63,245 nt of DNA, filler included, from Octopus bimaculoides (GCF_001194135.2; 9 parts of 8 records of this genome joined end to end with filler, not necessarily neighbours in it); one strand, 5' to 3'; shown: positions 38,867 to 53,924, counted from the whole stretch's first letter. The notes: a model not told the origin generated them from the letters alone. Program-made: numbers and translations.

Positions 38867-39105
38867 CATGGTTTATGAGTTGTGTGTTTGTATGTGGATA
38901 GTGTGTGCGTTTAGTTTCTGTGACATATTCTTTTTCTTTTCTGCTTGTGTGTGTCTGCGGCTGATTTAAATTGATTTTAATCGAATTGTATTGTTGTTCA
39001 TGTGTNNNNNNNNNNNNNNNNNNNNNNNNNNNNNNNNNNNNNNNNNNNNTTAATTAATTAANNNNNNNNNNNNNNNNNNNNNNNNNNNNNNNNNNNNNNN
39101 NNNNN

Positions 39106-39205
<100 letters not shown>

Positions 39206-40536
39206 TAGTAATGTGCATCACAGCTCTATGAAATATATTTAAGTTACCAAATGTCTTTCGATACAATTTGTTTGTTGAAACTGAGTCGAAAGTGAGTTTC
39301 TTTATGTGATAGTATTGCAATTGTTATCGGAAGTGTTAAAGAGATAACTAAATATGCGAGTCCTCTGGAACACGCGATGAGAGAACTTTCAAAGATGTAA
39401 TATTCGAGAAACAAAACGGTTCGTTACATTAGTCAAACTTTCATGTGGTGAACCGAGAAACAATACTCCTCGCATTTCCATCTGATATTCCATTAGCAAT
39501 AATTTTATTGTGCTGGTTTGTTAGTATTATTCAAGCTTTAATCACATATACTGCACCATTCTGTGTCTCTTTAGAGCCGCTGGATCTGTTGTGTGAAGTG
39601 TATTTGTTTTATGGGATTTTGCTATGAAAAGACCTATTACACTAGATTTGTAATCACTGAACATTTATAGCCGTGTCGCTATGTTCGACATATGTGCCAG
39701 TTTTAATTCTCCTTGTGTGATTAAGAATTCTTTGGTTTATGATTTTTTTAATTACTGTGCATCAATTGTATTATAGCACAGTTCACAGTACCTCTCAGAT
39801 TTCTTGCAATTTGCTCGTACATCGCAAATGAATATGCAAATCAATAATCAAAGATACTTCAGACGGAATCATTACTTTATTTTTCTCTAAGCATAGTCTT
39901 TCATAATCTATATTACGTGAGGTATCTATCGTCATTTTTGGATGGCAAATTTTGATTTTAATTGATTTCATTACTAATTCTAGCTCAACGATTAACCACG
40001 AAATATCATTCATAATGGATAATAGAATAATTGATAGTATGATGTCTAGTTTATTAAATAATAGATCTGCGTTCTGCGTTGTTGTTGGTATAAAATGTTT
40101 CATTGCATTCAGAAAAGGACATTTTTAACATATATGTATGGTGCCAGATATTATGGAGGTCAGAGTACTATTATGGTACACAGGAAAATATTCTACTGCT
40201 GAGAGTCTGTCCACATTTTTCGAAGATGCTAAAATGCATGCATAATACAAAACTGTAATCTTATTGGGAGGTTAAAGATACCTATATCCCCTAAAACTAT
40301 GCACTTCTCGTTCGGTAGCAAGAACAAGCAATTTGTTTTGCCCTTAAAGAGAGACAAGTAAAATATTTTATGGATTATTAGAGGTATAATTAGTTGAAAA
40401 ATCACCTTGATCGGTGATACTTCAAAAGTGTCTGTAAAATGTTATAGACATTGAAGTTAAGAAAAGAACACTTGTTTTCTTAACATATGTGTTGAGTATT
40501 CCAATGGGAAAATTTAATGAGTTTATAATATATATA

Positions 40537-40582
<46 letters not shown>

Positions 40583-40749
40583 TGTGTGTGTGTGTGCATG
40601 TGTGTGTGCGCGCGTATAAAACAAAAAGGGATAACAAAGCCAAGGCTGTGATAAATTTTCAGGACAATTATAAGGAAAGAGATATAGATATAGTCTTACA
40701 GCTGTTTCGGGGATATTATGGATATCGTAAATATTTTAAGCCGTAAAAT

Positions 40750-41330
40750 GTGATACCCCATGCAGTCTCTGTGGAGTTCACACTGATGATATCGCCCACA
40801 TCATAAGCAGTTGTCCGAAAATGTCATCACGGTGTTATCTACCGATGAGGCATGACGGTGTAGCTAGAACACTATAAAGAAACCCGTCGGAAAGATAATT
40901 CCAAGTACAACGGAATAAGAACCCCCAATATGGTAGAAGTCATAGCCACTCATAATGAAAAGGAATACTGGTGGAATACTCCAGAGAAGACCTCAATAAA
41001 ATGTAAGAACAACAGACCTGATATAATTATTTGTGATAAAGAAGAGAAACGTTGCACAGTTGTTGCTAACATAAAGCGGAAGATCAGTGGAAAAGAGAAC
41101 ACCTATGCTGAATTATTCAAAAATCTACAGTTAATCTATCCAGCTATCAAGTTCAGATGTATGCCTGTAATTATTGGGACCTTGGGATATGTAACTCACT
41201 AACTAAATAACGATCTTGAGAAATTAGGCTTCTCAAAACCAGAAAGGAGAAAGCTAGTTCGAAGGCTACAGATCCAATCCAACACTGGAACTGTACAAAT
41301 CTGTAAAACTTTGCATCAGTTTATCATTTA
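40750..41330 (+). pseudogene. R4-clade non-LTR retrotransposon 3' relic (CCHC + REL endonuclease)
   Basis: CSLCGVHTDDIAHIISSCPKM..YLPMRHDGVA / EYWWN..NNRPDIII..KENTY..PVIIGTLGYV. Confidence 0.85.
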
Positions 41331-44201
41331 AATATATATGAGCATGTTTACATATGTAACTCTATGTGTGTGTGTTTGTGTGAGAGTATACAATCATTCC
41401 TTCGGGGTTCTTTGAGTATCTGTCTGCAAAAAACGGTCACAAGGCTTTGGGCTAGCCGAGATTATTGAAGATCACACTTACAGAATGAGTCACGTAGGAC
41501 TAAACCCGGAACCCTGTTGTTCGAAAGAAAACATCGTACTACACAACCATGTCTGCCATCAGAGACAGACAGAGAGACAGAGTGAGAAACATTGAGAGAG
41601 AGCATACAAATTAGTTGAAATGAGACGTGTGAAATATTTCATCAGGTGAACGCAAAGACACTTTTGAAGAGATATCAATGTAATCAGATAATTAATTAAT
41701 TATTAAAGATATGACTTGAAAACATTTTCTTTTACTTTATATTCAAGAACATGTGGCAAAATGTGGGGTACATATAAAAAAAAAAAAAGAGTTCGAAACA
41801 TTTGAGAAATAGGTCAGTTGTTCTTCTAATGAAGTTATTGCTCGCAGTCTGATCGTTTGATTGACCGTGAAGCTTACATCAAAAATATAACAATAGACAA
41901 TTGAATTTAATTCATATACGGCTGCTTCTAACACCAGAAACGACGGTGGTTCTTGTCAATGAGATTTTGAGGTAGTTAAATAGATACTTTCCTCTAAAAT
42001 AACGAAGGAAAACTTTATCTATAAATTATCAGCTACAGGATATAAGCAGTTTTTTCTTTAGTATTTATGTTTTTCTTTTTCACTATACCTCATTGTAACC
42101 ATTGCTACAAACGTTCAAGATCTTGCAAAATAATATTACCCTGACAGATTAGTATTCCCTATCACTCTTAGAAGATAAAAAAAAAAGAGAATGTACAATA
42201 CACAAATGTTGCTGATAAAAAATGCAACACAATAATGAAATTATAATAAAGAAGTGGTTGAATGAAAATGTATAACAACTTGTAGACCAACTGATAAGGA
42301 AAAGTGAAAGAAAATAATGATAAACAAAGGCGATTTTTTGTTTAGAATGATACTTCGGTTTTTGTAAAATCAAAACAAGATAATTTTTTTCTTTCCAGCG
42401 CAAACAGTGTGTGTGTTAATGGCGAGAAAGGTTTATCATTGTTATTGTCATTCAACACTAAACATTTGTTCGTTTATTAATAGAACGTGGAACTGTGTGA
42501 TAAGGTAATTACATATATTATTATGTGCCACCAACATAATTTCGAATGTGTCATCATTATAATTGTCATTTGCCTTTGCTTCAATGAACTCCTAGGAAAA
42601 CGTATATATATTCACACAATAGAAAAATACTAAAAAAACAATACAGACTCACTCACACTTCTACATGTGATTGAGTGCCTTTGTATTTTTCTTTATTCAT
42701 AAAAATATATAGCTTTTATAAGCTGTTATGTGCATATACACACTGTTGTACGTATGTGTATGTCTACATATATTTATATATTAATCTATATTATACATAT
42801 TTATATATATATTATGTATGTGTGCGAATATATATGCATATATATATATATANNNNNNNNNNNNNNNNNNNNNNNNNNNNNNNNNNNNNNNNNNNNNNNN
42901 NNNNNNNNNNNNNNNNNNNNNNNNNNNNNNNNNNNNNNNNNNNNNNNNNNNNNNNNNNNNNNNNNNNNNNNNNNNNNNNNNNNNNNNNNNNNNNNNNNNN
43001 NNNNNNNNNNNNNNNNNNNNNNNNNNNNNNNNNNNNNNNNNNNNNNNNNNNNNNNNNNNNNNNNNNNNNNNNNNNNNNNNNNNNNNNNNNNNNNNNNNNN
43101 NNNNNNNNNNNNNNNNNNNNNNNNNNNNNNNNNNNNNNNNNNNNNNNNNNNNNNNNNNNNNNNNNNNNNNNNNNNNNNNNNNNNNNNNNNNNNNNNNNNN
43201 NNNNNNNNNNNNNNNNNNNNNNNNNNNNNNNNNNNNNNNNNNNNNNNNNNNNNNNNNNNNNNNNNNNNNNNNNNNNNNNNNNNNNNNNNNNNNNNNNNNN
43301 NNNNNNNNNNNNNNNNNNNNNNNNNNNNNNNNTATATATATATCCGTTTATGTATGCATGCATGCATCCATCCATCCATACATACATACATACATACATA
43401 CATACATACATACATACATACACGCAAATATGGTAAATAAAAGACGGAAGATGGAATATACGAGAGTTTATTATTAATCACAAAATTCTTACGACACATC
43501 TAGCATCAATCCCTCATGGGTGGGACAATCAACTGGTTCAGGAGCATCCGGTGGTGTAGATGTGTCTCATCGGGTGATAAAGAGATACAACTAGTTAAAA
43601 AAAGAATTCCGCAATGTATCTACGTATTTCGTAGAAAGAAAAGCAGCGAAACGAAGGAAATATCTTCATTTACATAGAAAATCAAAAATAATATCACAGA
43701 TGCCAAAAAAGAACCGAGCGCATAATACAGCGAGTAAAAGTATTAAAAATAAGCGTTAACAAATATGAATGTATAAACGCCCTCGCGCAAGCTGAATGGT
43801 GTGTGTACACTCGCTCATACAAGCATCCGCGAAAATGTAAGGATACATACATGTGTGGCTTGCTGAACTCATGATCACAAAGTGGGTTAACTATCTACTT
43901 GGTGTTTATGAGAATTTTTTTTTTTAAATCGAAATAGGCCAGCATTCCGACAAAAGGATAACTTGCTTCTCCTTCTAGACCCGAAGGCCCGGTAATGGAT
44001 CGCTGGCTGAGCTGTACCACCAAAATAATATATGTATTTTTTTTCATGTGTTGTGACAAATTCTGTTGTCTGTTGGGTAAGTCATTATGCCAATGATAAT
44101 AACACACGCACAGATTCATTTCCACTTCTTTATTATTAGTTAATTGTTTAAGTATCTATCTAAATACATACACACAGACACAGTTTTAGACAGATTTATC
44201 T

Positions 44202-44274
<73 letters not shown>

Positions 44275-44599
44275 GTGTGTGTGTCTGTCTGTCTGTCTGT
44301 CTATCTGTCTGTCTGTCTATTTGCTGACGATTCAGCTGCGCCAACTCATACCTCGCTTCTCTTAAACATTTTGCGACCTCAATGTAGAGAACATTTTCTC
44401 GGCTTGGTCTTCAATTCAATCATCGAAAAACTGAAGTTCACCTATCAATATTTACGTACTAAGCTGCCACTGAGTTTGTCGTTGTTGATAATATTCCCAG
44501 GTCTGACAAATTACTTTATACCAAAATCCCCCAGAGGGCTGGTATTTACAGCGATGAGGCTTGAATCCTTCGTCATCCGCTACACTCGGTTTTTCAGAG

Positions 44600-45065
44600 G
44601 CGTTGAAGTGCTTAACTGGAAGCTGGGCATAATTATACTTCTCTGGAAAGATAAAGGTGACTCTCGCGACTGCAACACTTATAGGGTTGTTACACTCCCC
44701 TCAGTGCCTGGCAAGGTCTTGCCAGGGTCCTTCTGTGCAGAGTGTGAAATGATCGGCTTCTGCTTAAGAGTTCAATTACTGACAGGATCCTGGCTTTTCG
44801 TGTATTCATTATGTCACCCTCCACAAAACGTCTGAATCGGTGGATAGGGATATGCTTTGGAAAATGCTGGAGCTGCGCTGTATACCTCTTCAGTTAACAG
44901 GGGTGATGATGGTCTTGTGCACCATAAGATTCTCTGAAGTTTGGATTGGGGGCTCAACGTCTGACCTTTTCCCAGTTAGATCTGGAAGCCGTCAGGATCG
45001 TGCCTTATCTCATAATCTGTCCAATGCCTGCATGGATGGGATACTCGGCCGAATGGTGACATGAT
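44600..45065 (+). pseudogene. RTE-clade LINE reverse transcriptase relic
   Basis: IILLWKDKGDSRDCNTYRVVTLPSVPGKVL / SVDRDMLWKML / FPVRSGSRQ..NACMDGILGR. Confidence 0.85.
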
Positions 45066-48035
45066 CGAACTGTGGTTCACTCATTAGTTGAACGAGGATT
45101 ACACACATAGATACGTGCACTGTGATGGATATTCGCAGAACACTGAGTAATAAAAGAAAGGCATGTGTATATGTGTTTTTATATGTGTGCGTGTTTGCGT
45201 ATGCGTGTGGTTTGTGTGTGAGTGTATATTTGAGTGTGCGTGTATTCGAGGAGAAAATATCCGAAAGTAAAAGAAACAGCTTATACAAGAGAATCTGTGA
45301 TGGAAACCTATATAGAGAGATTATTGAAAGAAGATACGTGTTAATACCGAATAATGGTGGGAGTTAATTGAAAAGAAAAAAAAAGAAACAAATAATAGAA
45401 AAAAAGGAATAAGCTGCAAACAATCAACGAATGAAATAAAGAAAATAAGTAAATAGCGATAAAGCCGAAAAGAAAATGTTGAATACTTAAACAGAGAAAA
45501 GTAAATTGAGATTAAACATTAGACATACAAATAAACAAATAAAATAAGTAAACATGGGAATAGGAAAATAAAAAAAAAATGTGAAAATGTTAAAGAATAC
45601 AATACATCTAATCCTTCAGAAATGGTCTAAAGACCCAATATAGAGAAAAGACTGGAGGAGCGACTAAACCAAACAGCCTGTATTTCACTGGCCTCTAGTT
45701 ATTTATATGTAACTTTTCTTTTCAATCAAGGAGTTCTGATTGCATTAAGGCGAAAATCTTTTTCCATTAGAAAGGATTTGATAGTTCTATTTGCAAAACG
45801 CTGGTGAATATTTTAGCGCCTGATCGCTGGAAAGAACTGGATTCGGACAATTCTGATAGTTGTTGACTTGCAATGAACGCAACGCCGACCAAGTATAATT
45901 CTATTTTATATATTTATATATTTATTGTATTTAGTTTTGCTTACTATTCAAAGGTTTTCTTGTCATGTAATATGGCCTGAAGCCGTTTAAGAAATCACTG
46001 AATAGAAAAAAAGAAACCCCAGATTTATCGCTAATTGATATCATTCACTTTTAACATATGTATAAGCATTTATGTGTATGCTCACGATCACCTCTCTAAA
46101 CTTCTTCCTTCTCTCTATATAAATACATATATGGGAATATGTCTGCGTATGATTACATTATATGCTTCTCATGCATGTAACATTTACGCACACATGCAGT
46201 CATATAAAGACACGAAAATATACAAACACAGAACCACAAACACTAAATACGAATATATAGAGAGAAGCACTCATGTATGCGACTGTATTTGTGTGTTTGT
46301 GTATGTGTAAATATCTATGTGTATCACTGCGCATTTTTGTATACGTTTATATGCAATAATCTCATTCTATTTGTCACACCTGAATATGTATTCGATGAAT
46401 GAATTCAGGTTTTTATTAACCTTAATTATAAATCTACTGAAGCCCTTTTTCAGTTCAATGAGTCGTAAGCCAAATAAACGAAGTAACATTAATACTTCTC
46501 AATGTACAAACCACAACATACAATAGGAAAACGTAAAAGACACACAAGTATATANNNNNNNNNNNNNNNNNNNNNNNNNNNNNNNNNNNNNNNNNNNNTT
46601 AATTAATTAANNNNNNNNNNNNNNNNNNNNNNNNNNNNNNNNNNNNNNNNNNNNTATATATATACATATATATATATATATACATACATATATATATACA
46701 TAAAAAAATATATATATGTATATGTACATGCATATAATATACATATATAAATTTGTGTGTATGTGTGTATGTATGTGTATGTATGTGCATACATACATAC
46801 ATACAGACATACATACATACAGACATACATACATACAGACATACATACATACAGACATACATACATACATACATATTCATACACTGTTGCGCATGAGCAA
46901 GTATTTGACTGGATACGCACAATAGGAATTAAAGTTACTCTCAAAAGACAACCTTATTGCTCCATGGTGCATGATATTAAATGTCTTTTAGCGTTTCGCC
47001 AAAACCAGTTACCATTCAAACTTGTCCTTGTAATCTCGCTCACTTCTTCCTCCACCATCACCACCACCACCACCACCACCACNNNNNNNNNNNNNNNNNN
47101 NNNNNNNNNNNNNNNNNNNNNNNNNNNNNNNNNNNNNNNNNNNNNNNNNNNNNNNNNNNNNNNNNNNNNNNNNNNNNNNNNNNNNNNNNNNNNNNNNNNN
47201 NNNNNNNNNNNNNNNNNNNNNNNNNNNNNNNNNNNNNNNNNNNNNNNNNNNNNNNNNNNNNNNNNNNNNNNNNNNNNNNNNNNNNNNNNNNNNNNNNNNN
47301 NNNNNNNNNNNNNNNNNNNNNNNNNNNNNNNNNNNNNNNNNNNNNNNNNNNNNNNNNNNNNNNNNNNNNNNNNNNNNNNNNNNNNNNNNNNNNNNNNNNN
47401 NNNNNNNNNNNNNNNNNNNNNNNNNNNNNNNNNNNNNNNNNNNNNNNNNNNNNNNNNNNNNNNNNNNNNNNNNNNNNNNNNNNNNNNNNNNNNNNNNNNN
47501 NNNNNNNNNNNNNNNNNNNNNNNNNNNNNNNNNNNNNNNNNNNNNNNNNNNNNNNNNNNNNNNNNNNNNNNNNNNNNNNNNNNNNNNNNNNNNNNNNNNN
47601 NNNNNNNNNNNNNNNNNNNNNNNNNNNNNNNNNNNNNNNNNNNNNNNNNNNNNNNNNNNNNNNNNNNNNNNNNNNNNNNNNNNNNNNNNNNNNNNNNNNN
47701 NNNNNNNNNNNNNNNNNNNNNNNNNNNNNNNNNNNNNNNNNNNNNNNNNNNNNNNNNNNNNNNNNNNNNNNNNNNNNNNNNNNNNNNNNNNNNNNNNNNN
47801 NNNNNNNNNNNNNNNNNNNNNNNNNNNNNNNNNNNNNNNNNNNNNNNNNNNNNNNNNNNNNNNNNNNNNNNNNNNNNNNNNNNNNNNNNNNNNNNNNNNN
47901 NNNNNNNNNNNNNNNNNNNNNNNNNNNNNNNNNNNNNNNNNNNNNNNNNNNNNNNNNNNNNNNNNNNNNNNNNNNNNNNNNNNNNNNNNNNNNNNNNCTA
48001 CTACTACTTTTACTTGTTGTATTTGCAGCAGTGTC

Positions 48036-48070
<35 letters not shown>

Positions 48071-49486
48071 TTTCCTTCCATTTTTATTTTCATTGTCACT
48101 ACCCCCTTATTCACAAGTATAGATATAATAAACATATTTGCACAAGACGGAATAATCAACAAGTCGTCCATTATGTTTCTCTTTCCTTTCATTTTAATTC
48201 CTATATCGTTACCTCAATGTAGTTTTGATTTTGTATAATGTTGATTTTTCTTCTTCTTGTTATTAGTGCTCTTCTACATTTTGTTGTTATTATTCTGCAT
48301 TTTCTTTTTTACTTCTATTTTCTTGTTGTCCTTGTTGTTGTTATTTCATGTCTTTGTCGAAATGTGGCGAGTGTGTCTATGAGCTTTATCAGACGTTTTG
48401 TTACAAGACAATGGCGACATGATGTTGAACGCTCCAGTGGCCGATATACGTTTTCTTAACATACAATTACACACAAGCGCAAACTCTTTTTATTCTCTCG
48501 TCTTCTGTCTATCTGTCGTTTTCTTCTTCGGTGTATGTATTTATTTGTTTATTTATTTATTGTTCCCGAGCTCTCGCCCAACAGATCTATTTTGTGTATG
48601 GAAATGTATATGTGCATGGGCACGAACAGACATGTAAGTATATGTGTGTAAATGTGTGTGTAAGTATATATATATATATATNNNNNNNNNNNNNNNNNNN
48701 NNNNNNNNNNNNNNNNNNNNNNNNNTTAATTAATTAANNNNNNNNNNNNNNNNNNNNNNNNNNNNNNNNNNNNNNNNNNNNACCTAGCTAACGAGGGGCG
48801 ATATGAGCGGAGCGGCCCGGGCTGTACTTTTAAGAACGTGGCACTTTTGGATCTACTATATAAACCTGTCTAGGGGCGAGGTGAAGTGGAGGGGATAGAA
48901 AGCTTAGGAGTGGCTCCGGGTGGCCCGGGTGACGCCGGGGTGCACATGCTGTAGATATGCTATTGTTGCTTATTTTATGTCACACAATTGTTTACAATAA
49001 AATATTGAGAGTAAAGAATATCGAGTGATAGAGGACGAGAGAGAGAGAGAGGGGGGAGGGGGAAAAATCGAGTGATAGAGGATGAAAGAGACAGAACAGA
49101 AGAGAGAAGGACAGACTAAGAGTGAGAGACAGAAAGAGAGAGGGAAAGAGAATGAAAGAGAGAGAGAGAAAAAAAGAGATAGAAAGAAAGAGAGAAACCA
49201 AGTGAGGGAAACAGAGAGAGAGAGAGAGGCAGTGAGAGAGAAAGAGAGAGAGAGAGCGAAAGAAAGGCAGACAGAGGAGAAGTGAGAAAGAAAGGAGAGG
49301 AAGAGCGAGAGAAAGAGTGAGGGATATGGAGAACATTAAAAAACAGACGATGAAAGAGACAGAAAGAATGTGAGGGAAGAAGCAAGAGAAAGAGAGTGAA
49401 AGCGAAAGTAAAAGTTAGGGAAAGCGGAAGAAAGAGAGAGCGGAGAGTATTGAGAGATTGTGAATGAATGAGAGAGAGAGAGAGAC

Positions 49487-49531
<45 letters not shown>

Positions 49532-50053
49532 GAGCGACTGACCCACATTACATGTGCAAACATACACTCGTGCGCACACTACCCCTACAAACAGACTTAT
49601 ACACACACTCCCAGATACATAAATGACCTTTAACCGAAGCACTTTGTGGACGTGTGAAGTTTATTATCAAATGATTAATGAACAATCTATTTTACTTTAT
49701 CGTACAAATATCTAGGAAGTATTATCAACCCTCGTAATAACGACTAACCTATGTTTTATTAAAATATTTACCTAGTTTATAGCCATACTCTCATGACGTA
49801 TCTATGACTATTGAGTCACTTTTATTTCGTATTCATCATTTTTATTGTTATTCAATGTCACGTTCGTTTTATAGTCACTCAATTATTCATAATAAAATAT
49901 TCTGCGTGAATGTATCGGAAGTTAAGGATATGTGTCTGGTCGGAACCCCCTAGGTTTTCTGTGCTGAAATTACCTGGTTAAGAGCTCATACGGGTACGGA
50001 ACATCTTGTAACTATGTTACAGCACCAAGCAGCATGTTACAGAGGGTGTTTAA

Positions 50054-50347
50054 CCCATTAACTCCCATAATTCTATTAACTGGAATTTTTTTAATTATGA
50101 AACTTTGATTTCTAGCATAAAACAGCCTTAGAAACACGCTGGAATGATCAAAATAACATTTCAAAATAACATTTTAAATAGAAATAAGCGAGATATTGGG
50201 TGAAAAATTAGCAAACCTCATTTGAATATCAGAGAAATATACCTAGTAGGTATAGGAAAAAGGTTAGATATGTGTCAATATTGACAGATAATTACGAAAT
50301 TTCTAATTTTTAAGTGATCTCATATGAGATCACTGGTAGGTAATGGG
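50054..50347. mobile_element. piggyBac-like MITE (294 bp)
   Basis: TTAA at 50050-50053 and 50348-50351; TIR CCCATTAACTCCCA versus CCCATTACCTACCA (12/14). Confidence 0.8.
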
Positions 50348-50410
50348 TTAAGAACACAAAAGTGCATAAAACAACCCCACGGACGCAAAGAAGAGAGCGT
50401 GGAATGATTG

Positions 50411-50873
50411 TCACTTCACAGAACGGGTCCCCTGACGCACACATTTCCAAGCCTGTAATCGCTGCAAAAGATTTGAAAGAGACTTTTTTTTCAAGTTGAT
50501 GGTCAGGCCAAAATCATCACAAGCCGCGTCAAATGCAGATACAAGAGATTGCAGATACAGACCTGTTTCAGAATAACTGACAAGATCGCAATCGTCACCG
50601 TAGAAAAGTTTCCTAATGAGTGAAAAAAAACCCTCCATTTTGAATTTCAGTCTGGTCAGCTTAAAAACATTCCCTGTTGTTCGATATTTTATGTAAATAC
50701 CTTTCCTCAGGATTTTGAAAAGCATGTGACAACACAACAGCAAAGCATATTGCAAAGAGGGTGGGTGCATCAAGGTCTCCCTGCTTTACTCCATCTTCCA
50801 CGGCAAAAGATTCAGAGAGCCTATCACCAAAGTTAACTCTAGTTTTCATATCTTGATGCAAAGCCCTGATCAT
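50411..50873 (-). pseudogene. RTE-clade LINE reverse transcriptase relic
   Basis: SESFAVEDGVKQGDLDAPTLFAICF / IYIKYRTTGNVFKLTRLK / LFYGDDCDLV / FGLTINLKK, with frameshifts. Confidence 0.9.
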
Positions 50874-51054
50874 GNNNNNNNNNNNNNNNNNNNNNNNNNN
50901 NNNNNNNNNNNNNNNNNNTTAATTAATTAANNNNNNNNNNNNNNNNNNNNNNNNNNNNNNNNNNNNNNNNNNNNCACACACACATATATATATATATATA
51001 TGCATATTGTGTTAAAACCCGTAAAAATATTAGCAAGCACACATAATTTCCACA

Positions 51055-52100
51055 TAAACTTGACGGAGACCACCTCTATAGGAAGTGAAAACAAGACAGC
51101 AGAGATTTAACATCAATCGAAAATGCCCTCGTATCATATTCCTTCGGCAACACCTTTGAACCACTAAGTAGCGAAGTGCATCTTTTAGCCTGGTTTGCAT
51201 ATATGAAGCTGATAACATGATAAGATTGGGAAGGCAGCTCGCAGCTCTTTGAACAGCATTCTTTGTCTGATAAACTTAACTACATGTCCAAAGAAGTTGC
51301 ACGACTCTACCGCAACGTATCATCAGATGAAAGTGTGAGTATATATGAGCAGAAGATCATGCATGGACGTTAGAAGAAAGCTCTGAGAAGATAGTAACAT
51401 TGATCATCAAAGCAATTTATCATGGATCAATTACTAGATTACTACCTCCTATTATAAAGGCCACACGTTTGCAATCCAGGGAAAGGAAATGTTATCGAAT
51501 TAACTGATGCACAAAAAGGTTAGTGATCAGGAAAAGCAGTAAAATATGACAACCCATGCATCTTTGTGGAGTTAACACCGAAGATATCCTACACATCATA
51601 ACCAGTTCTCCGAAAATGTGACCACGGTATTATCTAACGATGAATGATGGTGTTATTGCTAAGACAATTTATAATGAAATCTGTCGGAAGAATAACCCCG
51701 AGGACAAAGAAATAAGAATCTACAGCATGGTAGAAGTCATAACCACTCATAATAAAAAGGAATATTGTTAAAATGTCCCATTTAAAACCTCAATAAAATG
51801 TAATCACAACAGACCTGATATAATGATTTGGGACAGAGAAGAGAAACTGTGTATAGTTGTGGAAATTTGCTGCCCAGCGGATGTTAACATAAATTTGAAG
51901 ATCAGTGAAAAAGAGAATACCTACGAAGAACTATTGAGAAATCTGCTGTTACTGTATCCAGATTGCAAGTTCAGATTTATACCTGTAATTATTAGAGCCC
52001 TGGGATATGTAACACAGTGCATAAATACCAATCTTTAGAAATTAGGCTTCTGAAAACCAGAGAGGAGTTAGTTTATTCGAAGACAACAGATCCTAGATAT
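51055..52100 (+). pseudogene. R4-clade non-LTR retrotransposon 3' relic, same family as 40750-41330
   Basis: NHNRPDIMIWDREEKLCIVVEICCPADVNINLKISEKENTYEELL..FIPVIIRALGYV, plus upstream post-RT and zinc-knuckle remnants. Confidence 0.85.
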
Positions 52101-53050
52101 CACATACATACAGATGTATGTATGTGATGGCTGTTGATGTTGTTGAAATTTAAATGAAGTCGCCTTGGATCTAGATTAGAAACAGGTTCTTTCTCTGTTG
52201 GCAAGATATCTAGAAATAAAACTGAATAATGGCATAGACACATACATACCTGTATATAAATGGGGGTGGGTGTACGTTTAAGTGTAGGTTCTATGTTTCT
52301 AATGTTTTTGGAGTCACTTCTGAATATATCTGTCAAATTTTCCTCAAAATAATCATTGGTTACTGCTCCGAATTAATGTTGGTTCTATTCAAAAATTACG
52401 AATTCCCTCCGTATAACCAGCTATAAATATTCAAAATAGGCACTTATTAAACATCTACAGCTGTATAATATGTTTATAACTAAAAATTTTAAAAAATTGA
52501 AATTGAGCCTAATGCAAGTTTCGTTTTAATATGCTGAATGAGAAAATTATTGAGTTTATTTCTCCTGACGTACTCGAAAAGAATGTCTTGAATTTGAAAT
52601 CACGTTAAGCTCAAAGGTGTACAAAGCAATCTCATATAGCAAGATGTGGATATATTGTTAGGCGCTAGTATACTTAATCGTTTACAAAAGCTGTTTTTAA
52701 ATAACACGGGAAATTTACTAAACAATAAATTAAATTGAACCCCTATTCTCTGAAGTAGTAAACAACGGAGTTAATCAATTATTTAAGCATCATTAGTGGA
52801 TTAATTGCAGAGAAGGCAAAAGCATGGAGTCTCTTGATACTTTCTGCGAGATATCCATTAAAATGTTTTACAATAGTGCGTTGTGTATTTACGCTGCATA
52901 CACGAAACATTTTGAGCAAATCAGCATTTTCCTGGTTCAAATGTACGAAAATTTGTTAACGTTTATCTGTACACAGCTGATGAAATAATAATAATAATAG
53001 TAATAATAGTAATAATAATGATAATAGTAATAATAATAATAATAATAATG

Positions 53051-53089
<39 letters not shown>

Positions 53090-53091
<2 letters not shown>

Positions 53092-53878
53092 CCACTTTTT
53101 ATTCATGGATGACATCAAAGTTTATGGTAAAGATTAATCCCAAGTCAGTTCATTCGTTGATACGATGTATACTTTCGGTGCTGATATCAGAATGGAGTTC
53201 GGACTGAAAAAGTATGGTGTGTTAGTCTTGAACAGGTTATGAAGGGGATAGAAGAGATGGACAAGAAACAAGAAACCATATTACCTCTGGATGCCTAATC
53301 CTGACTAAGAAGGAATATATTCACAGACACGACAGATTTAGGATGTATATAAACTAGAATAACAACAGAGAAAGAGGGTATAGGCACACGCCAACAAAAG
53401 TCACAGAAAATGAGAAAGCAACCATACTATGGGCATGTCAATACACATATAGAGAAATTAAGGCCAATAAGCCGGATTTAGTTGTCAGAGATCAACAAGA
53501 AAAACATGCTTTCTAATCGATGTATCAATACCAACAGATGACAACGTTTCTCTAAAGGAAACGGAGAAACTATCAGAATACAAAGACCTGGAAATAAGAT
53601 AACTCGAATGTGGAGTCTGAAAACAGAAACAATTGCTCAAATAGTAGGCACGTTAGTTATGATAAAAAAATATTCAGACAAATACATAACAAAAGCACCA
53701 GGACTAACAAGTATATATAACATACAGAAAATAGCACTACTAGGCACCGCACGCATGCTACGTAAAACACTTTCAATACAGTAAAAATAAGAGCATCACA
53801 ACAAACAACAGAACATATCCAAGGCACACAGAGCTGCGCTCGATAGCATAGTGAGAGAACGTGATAAAAATAAGAGTA

Positions 53879-53881
<3 letters not shown>
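53090..53881 (+). pseudogene. Dong/R4-like non-LTR relic flanked by (TAA)n
   Basis: FLFMDDIKVYGK..MEFGLKK (RT), HITSGC..EYIHRHD, ANKPDLVV..IDVSIPTDDNVSLKETEKLSEYKDL (REL). (TAA)n at about 52983-53090 and 53882-53985. Confidence 0.9.

Positions 53882-53924
<43 letters not shown>

Noticed and set aside
40782-40790. CTGATGA here and, on the minus strand, at about 51322-51328
   Set aside because: Both lie within R4 retrotransposon coding relics and lack a following GAAA and stem I.
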